DNA from: Chloroflexota bacterium
GTDB lineage: Bacteria > Chloroflexota > UBA6077 > SHYK01
Direction: 5' to 3'
NCBI GenBank assembly: GCA_009692845.1
Contig: SHYK01000001.1
Span: forward strand, 180,400 to 244,399
DNA length: 64,000 bases
Notes under the pieces: model-generated
Seen by the model: only the letters and a program-made list of their open reading frames with translations
Databases searched by the model: none
What the model was told of the DNA's origin: nothing
Shown: piece after piece, positions 48,863 to 58,744 of the stretch
Layout: the number at the start of each line of letters is the position of its first letter
Numbering within the stretch: the first letter of the stretch is position 1
Program-made: the position numbers and the translations under genes

Positions 48863-49114
48863 ATGACAGTCCGCAGCGACCAGCCCTCACCGATTGTCAG
48901 AGGGTTCCTCACTTTTACGGTCCAATGGGTTGGGGCGTAGCGGAGCACTGAAATTGGGGGCCGTCGCCCCCCAAAACCCCCGGCAGAGGCTTAGGGGCAA
49001 CGGTGACGGGCAGGCATCCAGTCAGGGGGAAAGCCCCCGAACCCCCGGGAACAGATTCGAGCGCGCGGTGGCCTTCGCTGCCTTTCCCGCCTCTTTATGA
49101 TCCTCGGCTGGAGC

Positions 49115-49620
49115 ATGGGCGAAGGCGAGATCGTGATCGTGCCGCCGAAGAACGCCAAGTTTGTGGCTGCCGACAACATCATGATGGGTAATACGGTGCT
49201 TTACGGGGCCATGGCGGGGCGGCTGTTCGCGGCTGGCCGGGCGGGGAGAGCGCTTTGCGGTGCGCGACGGCGGTGATCGAAGGAGCCGGGGATCATTGCT
49301 GCGAGTACATGACGGGTGGCGTGGTGGACGGTGGGCCGCAATTTCGCGGCTGGCATGTCGGCCGGCACCGCTTTGTCCTCGATGAGGTTAGAAACTTTCC
49401 CGATCGGGTCAATCCCGAGCTTGTGGACCTCGAACGGGTGGGTCCTAAGGATGAATCGGAGCTACGGTCGTTCATCGAAGAGCACGTGGCGGTGACCGGA
49501 AGCGAGCGGGGTCGGGCGATTCTCGAAAACTGGGGCGAGCAGCTGCTGCGGTTCTGGCGGGTGGTTCCCGATCCGCCCACGGTCCAGTCTCAGACCCCCG
49601 CGATGGAAGTGCCGATTCCG
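49115..49620 (+). pseudogene. decayed paralog of the GltB C-terminal (GXGXG) domain with at least 4 frameshifts
   Basis: Across three frames: IVIVPPKNAKFVAADNIMMGNTVLYGA / AGRGERFAVRDGG / [19 protein letters not shown] / [13 protein letters not shown] / FVLDE...PELVDLERVGPKDESELRSFIEEHVAVTGSERGRAILENWGEQLLRFWRVVP. This tracks gltB residues ~1330-1500 residue for residue. Confidence 0.6.
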
Positions 49621-49743
49621 GCACCGAGCCGGCCGGGATTCCGGCATAGACACTGCGGCCGACCGAGATCACCTGGCGCGGATGCAAGTGCCGGACTACG
49701 ATCCAATCGCCGAGGCGTTGAAGAAAGCCCAGGCGGAAGACCC

Positions 49744-50007
49744 TCAGAGCGCCCGATAGATCTCTCCTCTGGGACCCATGTCGGTGACGATGACGACCAG
49801 ACGAGCGTCATCGATTTCGAAGATGATGCGCCAGGTGCCTACGCGGGACGAGTGCAGGCCGCCCGCTCCCGCAAGCGGCTTGCTGTGCCTGCCGCGCGGG
49901 TCCGCTGAGATCTGGTCCAGACGAATGCCGACCCTGCGCTGAGCGGTGGCGTCCATTCGACGCAGGTAAGCCCTGGCCGAATGCGTAAGCTCGACCTGAT
50001 AGTTCAC
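49744..50007 (-). CDS. type II toxin-antitoxin system RelE/ParE-family toxin
   Basis: 87 aa; ...WRIIFEIDDARLVVIVTDMGPRGEIY. 4-nt overlap with the upstream antitoxin. Confidence 0.7.
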   Translation of the reverse strand: MNYQVELTHSARAYLRRMDATAQRRVGIRLDQISADPRGRHSKPLAGAGGLHSSRVGTWRIIFEIDDARLVVIVTDMGPRGEIYRAL

Positions 50008-50219
50008 AAGCCGAGTTCACGCTTGACATCCTCCCACGGGACGGTCTCGCCGCGCGCGAGCTGCGCCTGTCCTTTGCGGACGCGGCGCCAATCCTCTTTC
50101 GTGAGTTCTTCAGGCTCGTCTGACGCGAGCCAACGGAGGTAGTCGATAGCCTCTTCGATGCTATCGGTATCATCGTCGACAAGCTCCACGAGCTCCCGCA
50201 GTTTTTCTTTGATGGTCAT
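50004..50219 (-). CDS. putative addiction-module antitoxin component (acidic, helical)
   Basis: 71 aa; LRELVELVDDDTDSIEEAIDYLRWLA...WEDVKRELGL. Upstream of and overlapping the toxin start. Confidence 0.5.
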   Translation of the reverse strand: MTIKEKLRELVELVDDDTDSIEEAIDYLRWLASDEPEELTKEDWRRVRKGQAQLARGETVPWEDVKRELGL

Positions 50220-50376
50220 TGCCGGGAGCCTCCAATCTCGAGACAGGGCCGCTCTTCCAACCCGGACCTGCTCTCCTCAATGATCTGACTGATAACCCCT
50301 ACAAGTCTACATGCCAGTTAGGCGGTCATCACTCGGGTCGTCCTCCCGAGAGTCGCATTCCTCGACCCGCCGGTCC

Positions 50377-50889
50377 TTACGGCTGAGGGTTCGGGGGAGG
50401 CGGGGTGGGGGCTGGTACGTAGTCACCGCCTAGGCGCTTCATGGCCTCGAGCAGGAGGATGGCAAATGCCTCATCTTCGGGACCGCGATAGCCACTGCCA
50501 CCGATAGCGATCGGTTTGCCGTTGACTTCGCCCAGGATGCCCCCGGGTGCCCGCATGTCCCCTTCTATGAATAGCTCGGGCGCATTGCGGGCGACGTCCG
50601 CGCTGTTGCGGCCGGTCCGGATTGCGACGTTCAGCTTGCGGCGGAGCGTGACGATGTAATCTCGGTCGGCCCAATCGGCGGGATCGATTCGGAAGTCGGC
50701 GATCATTCGGCTTTCGAGTGAGGCCGGGTCGAAGCCCGCTCCTCCGTCGCTCGCGTCGTACACCCCAAGCCCAAATCGGCGCGGCATCTCGGCAGACTTC
50801 GCATAGATCGTAATCGCCTGCTCGACGACCGTGTAGGCTCGAGCTGCGAGATCAGCGAGGGTTTTTCGGTCGGCTGCGCTCAGGCTCAT
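50377..50889 (-). CDS. GlcG/HbpS-like (DUF336) protein
   Basis: PGGILGEVNGKPIAIGGSGYRGPEDEAFAILLLEAM matches the DUF336 GG...G.IGvSGg....D...A motif. 170 aa. Confidence 0.45.
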   Translation of the reverse strand: MSLSAADRKTLADLAARAYTVVEQAITIYAKSAEMPRRFGLGVYDASDGGAGFDPASLESRMIADFRIDPADWADRDYIVTLRRKLNVAIRTGRNSADVARNAPELFIEGDMRAPGGILGEVNGKPIAIGGSGYRGPEDEAFAILLLEAMKRLGGDYVPAPTPPPPNPQP

Positions 50890-50909
50890 GTTTGTCTCCT
50901 ATTCGTGTG

Positions 50910-52412
50910 CTATTCGGGGGTCACGGCCATAGCAGGGTCGGGCGGTCGATTTCGATAGCCACGGCGACCGTTGAGCGCCTGCGTCGATGGGTGCCAGGCG
51001 GAATGCGAGGCGAGCTGCATCACCAGTAGCCCCAGAAGGACGGGCCCAGCCACGGCCAGTAACCCGAGGGCATTGGCAGCACTCGCATCCAGAGTGAAGG
51101 CCGGCCGAATGACGAACTGCACGAAGTAGGTGCTGAAAGCGCCGAGGCAGAGCAGCGTGGTCAGCACAGTGGTTCTCCGTTCGGCCAGGATGGCTGCGTA
51201 AAGCGTGGGCCAGAGCATGTACCAGGCTGAGAAAAAGGGCGTCACGACCAGGAAGTAGGTACTGGTGAGAGTCCAGAGCGCGTTGAGGGCGGGCCGACCC
51301 TCTTCGCTCAAGGTATTTCGGTGGGTGAAGTAGAGGAAACCAAAGAGCAGAAGCAGGGCGACCTGGAAGACGCGCATGGGCAGTGGGTTGGTGGTGGCTC
51401 CCAACAGAGGCGCAGCTAGCGAGGAGATGCTCTGATAATACTGACCGGCCTCTTGGGTCTGGCTCCGCCAAAAACCAGGCCAAAATGGCAGCCATGCCGC
51501 GATTAAAAGGACCAAGGCAGGAACCAGATGGGTTGCCGCCCAGGCAGGAAACCGGCCACCCTGGATCGCCCGGTGCGCGCTCGCCCAGAGCAGGCCTGGG
51601 GCCGCGAGCACCGCGGTCGCCTTGACCAGAATCGAAAGCATCAAGCCGAGCGTGGCGCCGGCGCCGGCGCCGCGCAGCCAGAGTCCGACGGCGGCGATCA
51701 GCGGAACGAGCGCGACGGCGTCATTGTGCGCCCCCCCGGCGAGCTCCAGGAGCACCAGCGGGTTCCAAGCAAAGACGCAGAGGCTGGTCACCGAGCGGCG
51801 AGGCTGGAGCCCAGCCGACGCCCAGGCCACCAATGGCAAACATGTCAGGTAGCACAGAATCCCGAGCCCCTTGAAGGCGAGCAAGGTGGGTTGAATCTCA
51901 CCGACTCCGAATGAGCTGGTGGCGGCGGATATCCACGGCCATAACGGTCCGTAGGGCAAGGGATAGTGGCCCCATCGGGTGTACGGAAAGAACGGATCAT
52001 GCGCCGCCTGCAGCGGTGGAACGATAAACGGATTTTCTCGATAGACGCTCCATATTCGATCGGCGTCCATGTAATAAAAGACGTCCAGCGAGAAGATCGG
52101 ATACATGAAAAGGAGGGAAAGTGCACTGAGCGCGCCGCCGGCAAAGAGAATGAGGAGTCCGGCCCGCGAACCCTCGACCGACCCGGACAGCCTGATCGCT
52201 AGAAGATAGATCGCAAAGAGCAGACCGATGGCGGCGGCGACCTGGGCAACCGCGGCAGGTGATCCGCCGCTTAGCGTGCCGAAGTGCTGGAGGGGCTTCT
52301 CGATCCCAGTCCAGACGGGATAAGGGCGGGTGAAGAAGTAAAGGTAGACGATGCTCGAAGCCAGGCCACAACCGGCCAGCATCGCCAGGCGCAGGGGCGA
52401 GCTAGCGATCAA
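50910..52412 (-). CDS. polytopic membrane protein, glycosyltransferase-like (GT-C/DUF2029-like)
   Basis: 500 aa with ~12 hydrophobic segments; aromatic-rich loop YPLPYGPLWPW. Stop overlaps the start of the ThyX-like gene (52402-52412). Confidence 0.35.
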   Translation of the reverse strand: MIASSPLRLAMLAGCGLASSIVYLYFFTRPYPVWTGIEKPLQHFGTLSGGSPAAVAQVAAAIGLLFAIYLLAIRLSGSVEGSRAGLLILFAGGALSALSLLFMYPIFSLDVFYYMDADRIWSVYRENPFIVPPLQAAHDPFFPYTRWGHYPLPYGPLWPWISAATSSFGVGEIQPTLLAFKGLGILCYLTCLPLVAWASAGLQPRRSVTSLCVFAWNPLVLLELAGGAHNDAVALVPLIAAVGLWLRGAGAGATLGLMLSILVKATAVLAAPGLLWASAHRAIQGGRFPAWAATHLVPALVLLIAAWLPFWPGFWRSQTQEAGQYYQSISSLAAPLLGATTNPLPMRVFQVALLLLFGFLYFTHRNTLSEEGRPALNALWTLTSTYFLVVTPFFSAWYMLWPTLYAAILAERRTTVLTTLLCLGAFSTYFVQFVIRPAFTLDASAANALGLLAVAGPVLLGLLVMQLASHSAWHPSTQALNGRRGYRNRPPDPAMAVTPE

Positions 52413-53910
52413 AGAACGAGCCGGTGGTGGGCTCGGTTGCCCGGATGTGACGGGCCAGAGTCGGATGTTGGCGCTGGAACTCGCCGAACATCTGATGAGC
52501 GATCTCGCGATAAGAAAAGTGGCCGGCCGGCGCGGTGCGCTGCTCGACGATGTAGCCGAGCTGGGCAGCGTCCATCTTGAATAGGGCTCGCCGGCGGTAG
52601 GCGAGTGGCAGGGCGTATTGACCCAAGCCGGGTTTCAGCTCGTCCAGGCGTTCGGCGAGAGCGCCGGCCCGGTCCATGAGTTGCTGGTACTCGGGCTGCG
52701 CCTCGATCAGGCGGAGGTCGTCGGGGGTATCGTAGCCATAAGAAGGAGTGAAGTCTTTGATGATCTGCACGCAGTTGCGATGGCGGTGCAGGTCTCGAAA
52801 GGCCCCGTTGTCGAGACAGAGATCAAAGACCAACTGGAAGCCTACCCTGGCCTCCCGGACCAGACTGTCGTGCGGCCCCCGTCCCGCATAGGCGATTTCC
52901 GCCAGCTTCTGAATCTCCTGGGTCGAAAGCGACCCAAGCAGGGTCAGCGCTTGTCGATACGAGATCTCACTTCCTCGATAGAGGACGGTGGCCGCCAGCT
53001 CTTCTTCAGGTGGAACGGGGTTGCTCAAGGTTACGCCCCGCGATCCGTCTGGGGTGGTATCGCCGACGACCTGCGCGGCCACAAGGCGAGCGCTTTCGCA
53101 AAAGGCGCGAGGGTAGGCAGAGGGCTCGGTATAGCGGACGAGGGTGGGAGCGGCTGGAGCACCGGTCAAAGTGGCCTGCCTTATCTGATCGAGCAGGCCG
53201 TCGCCTTCGATCTCTGGGTGGGCGGCCGCATAGGCTTCCATGTAGGGGCCCATCTGCAGGGCCAGCGGGTTGTAGGCGGGCTCGGTGGCCGCTCGCTTCA
53301 TCTCGAGGGAGATTTCGCGAAGCTCGTCTAAATCGTGGGCAGCGAACCGGCTCACTTGCCGTTCGAGGGTCCGGGCGCTGCACAAGTAACCGAGGCCGGT
53401 ATAGGTGCTCGAAGGGAGGAGGTAGCGCGCGACGTCGAATGCCCGGGCCCGAAGGGTTCGGCGGTACTCGTCGTCCGCCAGGTCGGCTGGCCGATCGGCG
53501 GCATAGACTTGCTCGTAGCGAGTGGTCAGGGCCCGATGGATGCGATGGTAAGCGTCGAACAAGGCGTCGCAGCATTCCCGATATTCGTTCAGGTGGGGGG
53601 ACTCAAGGAGCTCGGGAGGCGTGAAGAAGCGCCGGCGAGTAAAGTCCTGATAGCGGGTCGAGCTTTCCTGGGCGTCAACAAGCGGCTCGTCGAGCAGCTC
53701 GATGGCGGCGACGATGGAAATGTTCTCGGCCACCATGGTGAGGTGGGCCAGATCGGCGATCGAGGCGTGGCCGTAGGCGAAGTAGAACTGCTCGTAGAAA
53801 CGGCTGGCGCCGTCCTGGGTAAGCTCCTGGATCCATTCCTGGTAGGGCCGAGCCGAGCGACTGAATTTGGCAATGGCATAGCCGCCGGGCTCGGGCAGGG
53901 TCCCAACCAC
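52402..53910 (-). CDS. hypothetical protein, possibly duplicated ThyX (Thy1)-fold
   Basis: 502 aa. N-half ...GHASIADLAHLTMVAENISIV...AQESSTRYQDF resembles the ThyX beta-hairpin plus QSxRY region without RHR. C-half has FRDLHRHRNCVQ (RHR) without SQxRY. Confidence 0.25.
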   Translation of the reverse strand: MVGTLPEPGGYAIAKFSRSARPYQEWIQELTQDGASRFYEQFYFAYGHASIADLAHLTMVAENISIVAAIELLDEPLVDAQESSTRYQDFTRRRFFTPPELLESPHLNEYRECCDALFDAYHRIHRALTTRYEQVYAADRPADLADDEYRRTLRARAFDVARYLLPSSTYTGLGYLCSARTLERQVSRFAAHDLDELREISLEMKRAATEPAYNPLALQMGPYMEAYAAAHPEIEGDGLLDQIRQATLTGAPAAPTLVRYTEPSAYPRAFCESARLVAAQVVGDTTPDGSRGVTLSNPVPPEEELAATVLYRGSEISYRQALTLLGSLSTQEIQKLAEIAYAGRGPHDSLVREARVGFQLVFDLCLDNGAFRDLHRHRNCVQIIKDFTPSYGYDTPDDLRLIEAQPEYQQLMDRAGALAERLDELKPGLGQYALPLAYRRRALFKMDAAQLGYIVEQRTAPAGHFSYREIAHQMFGEFQRQHPTLARHIRATEPTTGSFFDR

Positions 53911-54222
53911 AGAGAAGATGTGGCGCTGTTCGTCGGCCAGCGGTTGGCCCCCTCCACGGAGAGATCATCTCGGGTGAGCATGATAATCGAAGCCTATTGC
54001 AAAACTGCTGGGAAGGGCCGGTGACTCGGCTACCGGTGTCTGTCCGGGGTTCGTGACTGTGCCCAATCGGTGGCACCAAACGGCACAGTGTGAGATAACG
54101 CCCCGTTCACCCTCGCGCTGGCCGTGGACGTCGTTTCCGCGGTAGCCAGTTGGTGAGATCGTCCCTACGCATTGGACTCTGATCGCCCGTGCACGTCCTA
54201 AATTCCCGGAGGGAGGTATTAG

Positions 54223-55803
54223 ATGTTGATTGTGTCGCTCCCGGGCGGAATCCTGTCTGCACTGGCCGTGATTCCGATCGTCAGTCTGCTGGGCGGCCTC
54301 ACGGTCCTGGGCTGGACGGCGCAGCGGTCGGCAATCGTCTCCTTTGCGCTCGCCATCGTCATGTCGACGTTCTTGTATGGCCTCCTGCCGGAGGCGGCCG
54401 CCATCGCGATGCTGAAGGGCGTGCTGCTCAGCTTGTTTGTGCTGTTGATTATCTGGGCGGCATTGTTTCTCTACTTGTTTCTCGATAGGTTGGGAGCCAT
54501 CGAAAGCATCGGGCAGGCCATGATGCGGTCGGCCGGGCTGGCTCCGGTGCGAGCCTTACTGATCGGGTGGGGGTTCTCCGGCTTTCTGCAAGGATTCGCC
54601 GGCTTTGGAGCGCCCGTGGCCTCAGTCGTGCCGCTCCTCCAGGCAGCGGGCTTTGGCGGGGTCCGCTCAGCGGCGGCCGCGATGGTGGGCCATTCCTGGG
54701 CCATCACTTTTGGCTCGATGGGCTCGTCCTTTTTTGCGATTCAGCTGGTGACTCGAATTCCGGGCGAGGAGCTGGCTCCATGGTTGGGAGCGCTGTTCGT
54801 GATGCCGATCATCATCACGGGCCTATCGGTCTTGCATATCCTGCTGGGCTGGAGAGGGTTAGCAACCGGGGGACCACTTGCATTGATCGTGGGCGCAGCG
54901 ATGGCGGCCACCTTGTGGACGTCGGCCCAGCAGGGTGCCGGACCTATTGCTTCGATTCTGGCAGCCATGGTGGGTAGTGCCATTTTGCTCGGGGTGGGAA
55001 TGACTTATCGGAGATTGAGCGGGAACAAGACCGTTGTGGCGGTCGCGGAGACTGGGCTGCTCAACATTCACCTTGCGCTGCTTCCGTACTATCTACTGGT
55101 CGTCCTCACGCTCTTGGCCCAGACTGGGCCGATCGCCGCGGCGGCCAAGCTGGTGGTGCTCGGAGTCGATCTTCCGTCGACCACGACCCTGCTCGGGTTT
55201 CAGGCAGCGGCCGAAGCGACCTACCCAAGGCTTCGGCTGCTCCAGCATCCCGCGGTTGTCATTGCTCTTGCCCTGTTCCTCACAGCCCTGGTTTACCGGG
55301 CGAAAGGTATTTGGCCAGCCGGGGTCCTGGGGAGAACGCTCCAGCTGACCTACCGGAGAGCAAAAGGCACCAGCATAACCGTCCTATTCATGGTCATGAT
55401 GGCGCTGGTCATGGCGGACTCGGGGATGATCAATGCACTGGCATTTGGGCTCCGTACCCTGGTAGGTCCCGCGTTCCCGCTCGTCTCCCCGTTCCTGGGG
55501 GTGCTCGGGGCATTCATGACCGGAAGCAATACCAACTCGAACGTGGCGATGGGGGCACTGCAAATCGAGACGGCGGCCGCGCTGGGGCTGCTTCCGGCGC
55601 TCATCGCCGCCGCGCAGTCGGTAGGCGGCTCGCTCGGGTCGGGAGTCTCTCCAGATAAGGCGGCGATTGGAGCTAGTGCAGCCGGAATTGTCGGGCAGGA
55701 GGCGTCGATCATGCGGCGGGCTTTGCCTTATTCATTGATCGCAGCGGCCGTGGTGGGGGTTGAGGTGCTACTGATCGGCCGCTGGCTCAGCGGCGCGGGC
55801 TAG
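54223..55803 (+). CDS. L-lactate permease (LctP family)
   Basis: 526 aa, ~14 TM; signature FMTGSNTNSNVAMGALQ (compare FITGSxTSSNALFGxLQ). GGAGGG RBS before ATG. Confidence 0.75.
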   Translation: MLIVSLPGGILSALAVIPIVSLLGGLTVLGWTAQRSAIVSFALAIVMSTFLYGLLPEAAAIAMLKGVLLSLFVLLIIWAALFLYLFLDRLGAIESIGQAMMRSAGLAPVRALLIGWGFSGFLQGFAGFGAPVASVVPLLQAAGFGGVRSAAAAMVGHSWAITFGSMGSSFFAIQLVTRIPGEELAPWLGALFVMPIIITGLSVLHILLGWRGLATGGPLALIVGAAMAATLWTSAQQGAGPIASILAAMVGSAILLGVGMTYRRLSGNKTVVAVAETGLLNIHLALLPYYLLVVLTLLAQTGPIAAAAKLVVLGVDLPSTTTLLGFQAAAEATYPRLRLLQHPAVVIALALFLTALVYRAKGIWPAGVLGRTLQLTYRRAKGTSITVLFMVMMALVMADSGMINALAFGLRTLVGPAFPLVSPFLGVLGAFMTGSNTNSNVAMGALQIETAAALGLLPALIAAAQSVGGSLGSGVSPDKAAIGASAAGIVGQEASIMRRALPYSLIAAAVVGVEVLLIGRWLSGAG

Positions 55804-55879
55804 CCGGCGGTCCTGACGCGAATGGGCGGGAACGATCTCGCCCGGCCAGCCCGACGGGACCCCGCCTGTATCATTCAGC

Positions 55880-56455
55880 ATGGTGCTGAGCAGACTTGAC
55901 ATCGGTTTCGCGCTGGACCGGCAGTGGTATGTGTTGAGGGGCGAGATGGAATCAACCAAGCGCCCTGCCCTCATCGCCTTGGCCAAGGTGCTCGACGAAT
56001 CGCAAACGCTTTACGCAATCATCGGCGGCGTGGCGGTTCAGGTTCATCGGACGGAGCCAAGGACAACTCTCGACATCGAAGTTGCGGTCGAACGTTTGGA
56101 CATGGTCCCTCGGGCCAAGCTCCAAGCAGCCGGGTTTCGCCTCGGGGGACGCTTCGTACACTCGGAGAACTGGCTCGGACCGGATTCTGTTCCTGTTCAG
56201 TTCACTGATGATGCGGCGCTAGCCTCAGCACTCCATCGCACGATTGACGTTGACCTGGACGGTGTCCGGATTCGGGTCATGGGGCGGACTGATCTCTTGC
56301 ATGAGAAGCTGCGGGCCGGCTCCGACCCCGCTCGCCGACGCTCGAAACGGTTGCAAGATCTGGCCGACGCGCAGGGCCTGCTCGAAGAGTCGCCCGATCT
56401 CAGGGCCGACTTGAGCGAGCACGAGCGGGCCATACTGGACGCTCTCCCGAGCTAA
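55880..56455 (+). CDS. nucleotidyltransferase-fold protein (Pol-beta superfamily, AbiEii/MNT-like)
   Basis: ...YAIIGGVAVQVHRTEPRTTLDIEVAV fits the GG...h...R.T.D[IV][DE] minimal NTase core. Start uncertain (ATG 55880 or 55945). Confidence 0.4.
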   Translation: MVLSRLDIGFALDRQWYVLRGEMESTKRPALIALAKVLDESQTLYAIIGGVAVQVHRTEPRTTLDIEVAVERLDMVPRAKLQAAGFRLGGRFVHSENWLGPDSVPVQFTDDAALASALHRTIDVDLDGVRIRVMGRTDLLHEKLRAGSDPARRRSKRLQDLADAQGLLEESPDLRADLSEHERAILDALPS

Positions 56456-56779
56456 GGGGTTTCTTACTCCTCACCCGTCGTCACGCCGCGCCGATCTTGG
56501 CCGAGGCTGACAGCCACGAGGCGCGCAGAGCCATCGCAGACCAAACGGCCCCCCCGGGCTTCAGCAAATTGCACTTGTGGGCAGACGAGTCAGCAAGTTT
56601 CGTTTACGTCGATGGCCCGTCGTGATCTCTTTGCGTCTTCGATTCGGTTGTGGCGAGCGGAGAGACGCTTCTACAATCTCAGACGGGCAGCCCAAGTGCT
56701 CAGGCGAGTAACCGGAGTGGGTGCCTGGTCGGCTAAGGGCTCGTAGATCCCGGCCCGCATTTCAAACTGGAGCGAAAAC

Positions 56780-58744
56780 TTGGTGCGGCGTCTGTCCACG
56801 TTTATCAGCCTGTTGGTGGTCCTGGTAGCGCTGATGCCTGCGAGTGCGGGGCTGGCCCAGCCAGCAATTCCGGATTTGGAACGGGCTTTCACTCAGACCG
56901 GTTTTTCGATCAGCGATGATCGGATCTGGGACTACTTCGTGAGCCGGGGAGGGGTCGCCACTTTTGGCTACCCGGTTTCCTATGCATTCACTTTGGAAGG
57001 CTTCTCGGTTCAGATCTTTCAGCGGCACGTGCTTCAGGTGGCGGCGGATAACTCGGTGCACCCGATGAATCTGTTGGACCCGGACCTGTTGCCGGTGACC
57101 GCGATCAACTTCGCGACTTTCCCAGCCCACGATCCGTCCATCGCCACGGCGGCTCCCTCGCCGAGTACCGCGAATTATGGCCAGGCGCTGGTGGCCTACC
57201 TCAATTCAGCAGTTACGGATCGGTTTCAAGACCAACCGGTTGGCTTCCTGTCCGCGTATCTGAGCGCGGCGCCGGCTGATTCGGGCGCGCTTGCCCCGCT
57301 CGTCGCGCTGGAGGTTTGGGGTTTCCCGACCAGCGGCCCGGCCTACGATCCCAACAATGGGGCGTTCATCTATCAACGTTTTCAGCGGGGCTTTCTCCAC
57401 TTCGATGCCACGAACGGTTCGACGGGGGCGATCTTGTTGGGAGATGCGTTCAAGTCGGTCTTGAGGGGGAGTCCGGAGCCGGCGGACCTGGCGGCTCAGG
57501 CGAGCACCAGTCGATTTTGGGCGCAATATGATCCAACCAAGCCGGGTGCGCTGGCGCGGCCGAACGCTTTAGACGACACCAACCTCATCACGGCTTTTCA
57601 GATCGGGTTGGCCGTGCCCATTGCCACGGTTCCCATTGGGCCAGTACCAGTGCCGACGGTGGCAGCGAGTGTCCCTTCCGCGCTCCGAGTCCCGAGTCCC
57701 GATTATGGGGCGAGCATCTTCGTGTGGGGTGCGGGAGCCACGACCCCCCGGGATCTGAACAAGCTGCGGGAAGCCAGACTCAACTGGCAGAAAACCCTGT
57801 TCCAGTGGCGGTTCATCGAGCCAGAACGAGGGCGGTTCGATTGGGCAGAGGCCGACCGGATCGTGAAGGCCTCAACTGCGGCGGGGATCCGCGTCGTGGC
57901 TCGGATCGATTTTCAGCCCGCCTGGGCGAGGTCGACCGGCCTGAGAAACTTCAATGGGCCGCCGGACAATTACCAGGACTTCGCCGATTTTATTTTCGCC
58001 TTTGTGGATCATTTCAAGCCCGGCTCGCCTAACGGCACAGTAGGCGCGATCGAGATCTGGAATGAGCCGAATCTGTCGCGGGAATGGGGCGATGCGGCCA
58101 TGGGGCCGCAAAGCGCGGGCCAATATGTACGTCTCCTCTGTATGGCAAATACCGCTGTCAAGCGGGCCTCACCCGATGTCATTACCATCTCGGCGGGGCT
58201 CTCGCCGACTGGGGTCATCGACAACGGTGCGCGAGACGACGTGCTCTACCTACGTGAGATGTACGCGGCGGGGGCAAAGCCCTGCTTCGATGCATTGGGC
58301 GCGCATGGAAATACTCAGGCCCCAGACCCCGCGATGGAAATCGGCTCCTGGAGAGGCTGCGATGGCGGGAAGACGATCTGCGCGGACGGAAGCTTCTACT
58401 TCCGGCGGGTCGAACAGCTGCATCAGGTGATGCTGGACAACGGGGATACGGACAAGCAGGTTTGGCTCCTGGAGTTCGGCTGGACCAGCGATCCCATTCA
58501 TCCGAGCTATTCCTGGTACCGGGTCAGCGAGCAGCAAAAGGCCCAGAACGTGGTGAATGCCTTCCGGTGGGCCTACGACCATTGGCGGCCCTGGATCGGA
58601 GCGATGATCCTGTGGAACATTGCGGACCCCACCTGGAACGAATCGGTTGAATCGTACTGGTGGAGCGTCACCAACCCGAACGGAACCAACCGTCCGGCCA
58701 TGAACGCGCTGATCGCCGCCCGACACTCGGGTCTCTTACCTTGA
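56780..58744 (+). CDS. secreted clan GH-A glycoside hydrolase (TIM barrel) with ~300-aa N-terminal domain of unknown function
   Basis: Signal peptide MVRRLSTFISLLVVLVALMPASAGLAQP. Catalytic motifs IEIWNEPN (acid/base) and LLEFGWTSD (nucleophile). Paralogous to the next gene. Confidence 0.55.
   Translation: MVRRLSTFISLLVVLVALMPASAGLAQPAIPDLERAFTQTGFSISDDRIWDYFVSRGGVATFGYPVSYAFTLEGFSVQIFQRHVLQVAADNSVHPMNLLDPDLLPVTAINFATFPAHDPSIATAAPSPSTANYGQALVAYLNSAVTDRFQDQPVGFLSAYLSAAPADSGALAPLVALEVWGFPTSGPAYDPNNGAFIYQRFQRGFLHFDATNGSTGAILLGDAFKSVLRGSPEPADLAAQASTSRFWAQYDPTKPGALARPNALDDTNLITAFQIGLAVPIATVPIGPVPVPTVAASVPSALRVPSPDYGASIFVWGAGATTPRDLNKLREARLNWQKTLFQWRFIEPERGRFDWAEADRIVKASTAAGIRVVARIDFQPAWARSTGLRNFNGPPDNYQDFADFIFAFVDHFKPGSPNGTVGAIEIWNEPNLSREWGDAAMGPQSAGQYVRLLCMANTAVKRASPDVITISAGLSPTGVIDNGARDDVLYLREMYAAGAKPCFDALGAHGNTQAPDPAMEIGSWRGCDGGKTICADGSFYFRRVEQLHQVMLDNGDTDKQVWLLEFGWTSDPIHPSYSWYRVSEQQKAQNVVNAFRWAYDHWRPWIGAMILWNIADPTWNESVESYWWSVTNPNGTNRPAMNALIAARHSGLLP

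Noticed and set aside
49255-49908. 217-aa ORF called as an intact gene
   Set aside because: Only its first ~110 codons are GltB-like, and homology continues in other frames upstream. Treated as part of a multi-frameshift pseudogene. The C-terminal 100 codons are low-complexity read-through.
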